A stretch of 64,000 nt of DNA, from positions 32,001 through 96,000 of the forward strand of contig CAVQGX010000026.1 of NCBI GenBank assembly GCA_963712115.1, written 5' to 3'. The position numbers were made by a program, and so were the translations under genes. The notes below the pieces were generated by a model, which was not told where the DNA came from, searched no databases, and saw only the letters and a list, made by a program, of their open reading frames with translations. Below, one piece after another: positions 63,358-64,000 of the stretch (position 1 is its first letter; each line of letters opens with the position of its first letter). The stretch comes from an uncultured delta proteobacterium. Its GTDB lineage: Bacteria; Desulfobacterota; Syntrophobacteria; BM002.

Positions 63358-64000
63358 TTGTATCAGAAAACGGTTTTAGATAATGGTATGCGGGTGGTGA
63401 CTGAGCGGATCCCCCATCTGCATTCAGTGTCCATGGGTATCTGGCTGAATGTAGGCTCACGTGATGAGACAGAGAATGAAAGCGGCCTGACCCATTTCAT
63501 TGAGCACATGCTCTTTAAAGGGACAGACAAGAGAAGTGCTCAGGAGATTGCCAAACAGCTTGATGCTGTGGGGGGCATGTCCAACGCCTTCACCAGTAAA
63601 GAGAATACCTGCTTCCATGCAAAAGTGCTAGACACTCACCTACCCCTGGTCGTGGACATACTATCCGACATCTTCCTCCATTCCGTATTCGATCGCGCCG
63701 AAGTGGAACGGGAGCGAGAGGTGATCCTCCAAGAAATTAATATGGTGGAGGACACTCCCGACGAATATGTGCATATACTTTTCAATCGGAACTTCTGGGA
63801 TGGTAACCCAATGGCTCGCCCGATTTTTGGTAGCATCAAGACCGTGCAAAGCTTTACCCAGGAGATGATTCTTGGCTACCTGAATCGCGGCTACCATCCT
63901 GATCGAATTGTTTTGAGCGCTGCCGGCAACTTGAACCATGAGAAATTTCTCGAACTGGTGGAACCTGCCTTTAACAATATAAAGAGACATTCACACACTC
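63358..64000 (+). CDS. M16 (pitrilysin-family) peptidase, 5' part
   Basis: Missing from the ORF track. TTG start: YQKTVLDNGMRVVTE...GSRDE...HFIEHMLFKGT...NAFT; typical gene after pnp. Confidence 0.93.
   Translation, partial: MYQKTVLDNGMRVVTERIPHLHSVSMGIWLNVGSRDETENESGLTHFIEHMLFKGTDKRSAQEIAKQLDAVGGMSNAFTSKENTCFHAKVLDTHLPLVVDILSDIFLHSVFDRAEVEREREVILQEINMVEDTPDEYVHILFNRNFWDGNPMARPIFGSIKTVQSFTQEMILGYLNRGYHPDRIVLSAAGNLNHEKFLELVEPAFNNIKRHSHT

Noticed and set aside
63636-63990. Minus-strand ORFs at the window end
   Set aside because: Shadows of the plus-strand M16 peptidase.

Overview
Core-genome segment of a probable Desulfobacterota (deltaproteobacterial) bacterium; the taxonomy is inferred from gene content and synteny. 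Housekeeping loci: Re-citrate synthase (5' part), aspS-hisS, polA, radical SAM-rng, rplU-rpmA-obgE-proB-nadD-rsfS, fusA, ihfB-serS, hpt, a Gld-type ABC operon, dnaJ, rpoZ, groESL with CIRCE, serC, tRNA-Gly, rimP-nusA-ylxR-infB-rbfA-nrnA-truB-rpsO-pnp and an M16 peptidase. No intact transposase, phage or CRISPR-Cas is visible. Three things are not explained by that annotation. (1) A candidate peptide quorum-sensing circuit at 28.9-35.4 kb: NtrC-type activator, sigma54-driven small secreted-peptide precursor, orphan oligopeptide-binding lipoprotein, sensor kinase and a sigma54-driven stand-alone receiver. (2) A ~330-nt RNA with its own promoter and terminators at 7890-8221, with three tandem pseudoknots arranged like tmRNA pk2-pk4 but no tRNA-like ends. 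(3) Many intergenic spacers filled with nested inverted arrays of degenerate 7-8-mers, some carrying inserted mini-hairpins (GTCAT/ATGAC elements), plus MITE-like elements. Several genes (fusA, the binding protein, the kinase) carry small insertions that look like long-read errors. All structures were inspected by eye; no searches or folding programs were run.
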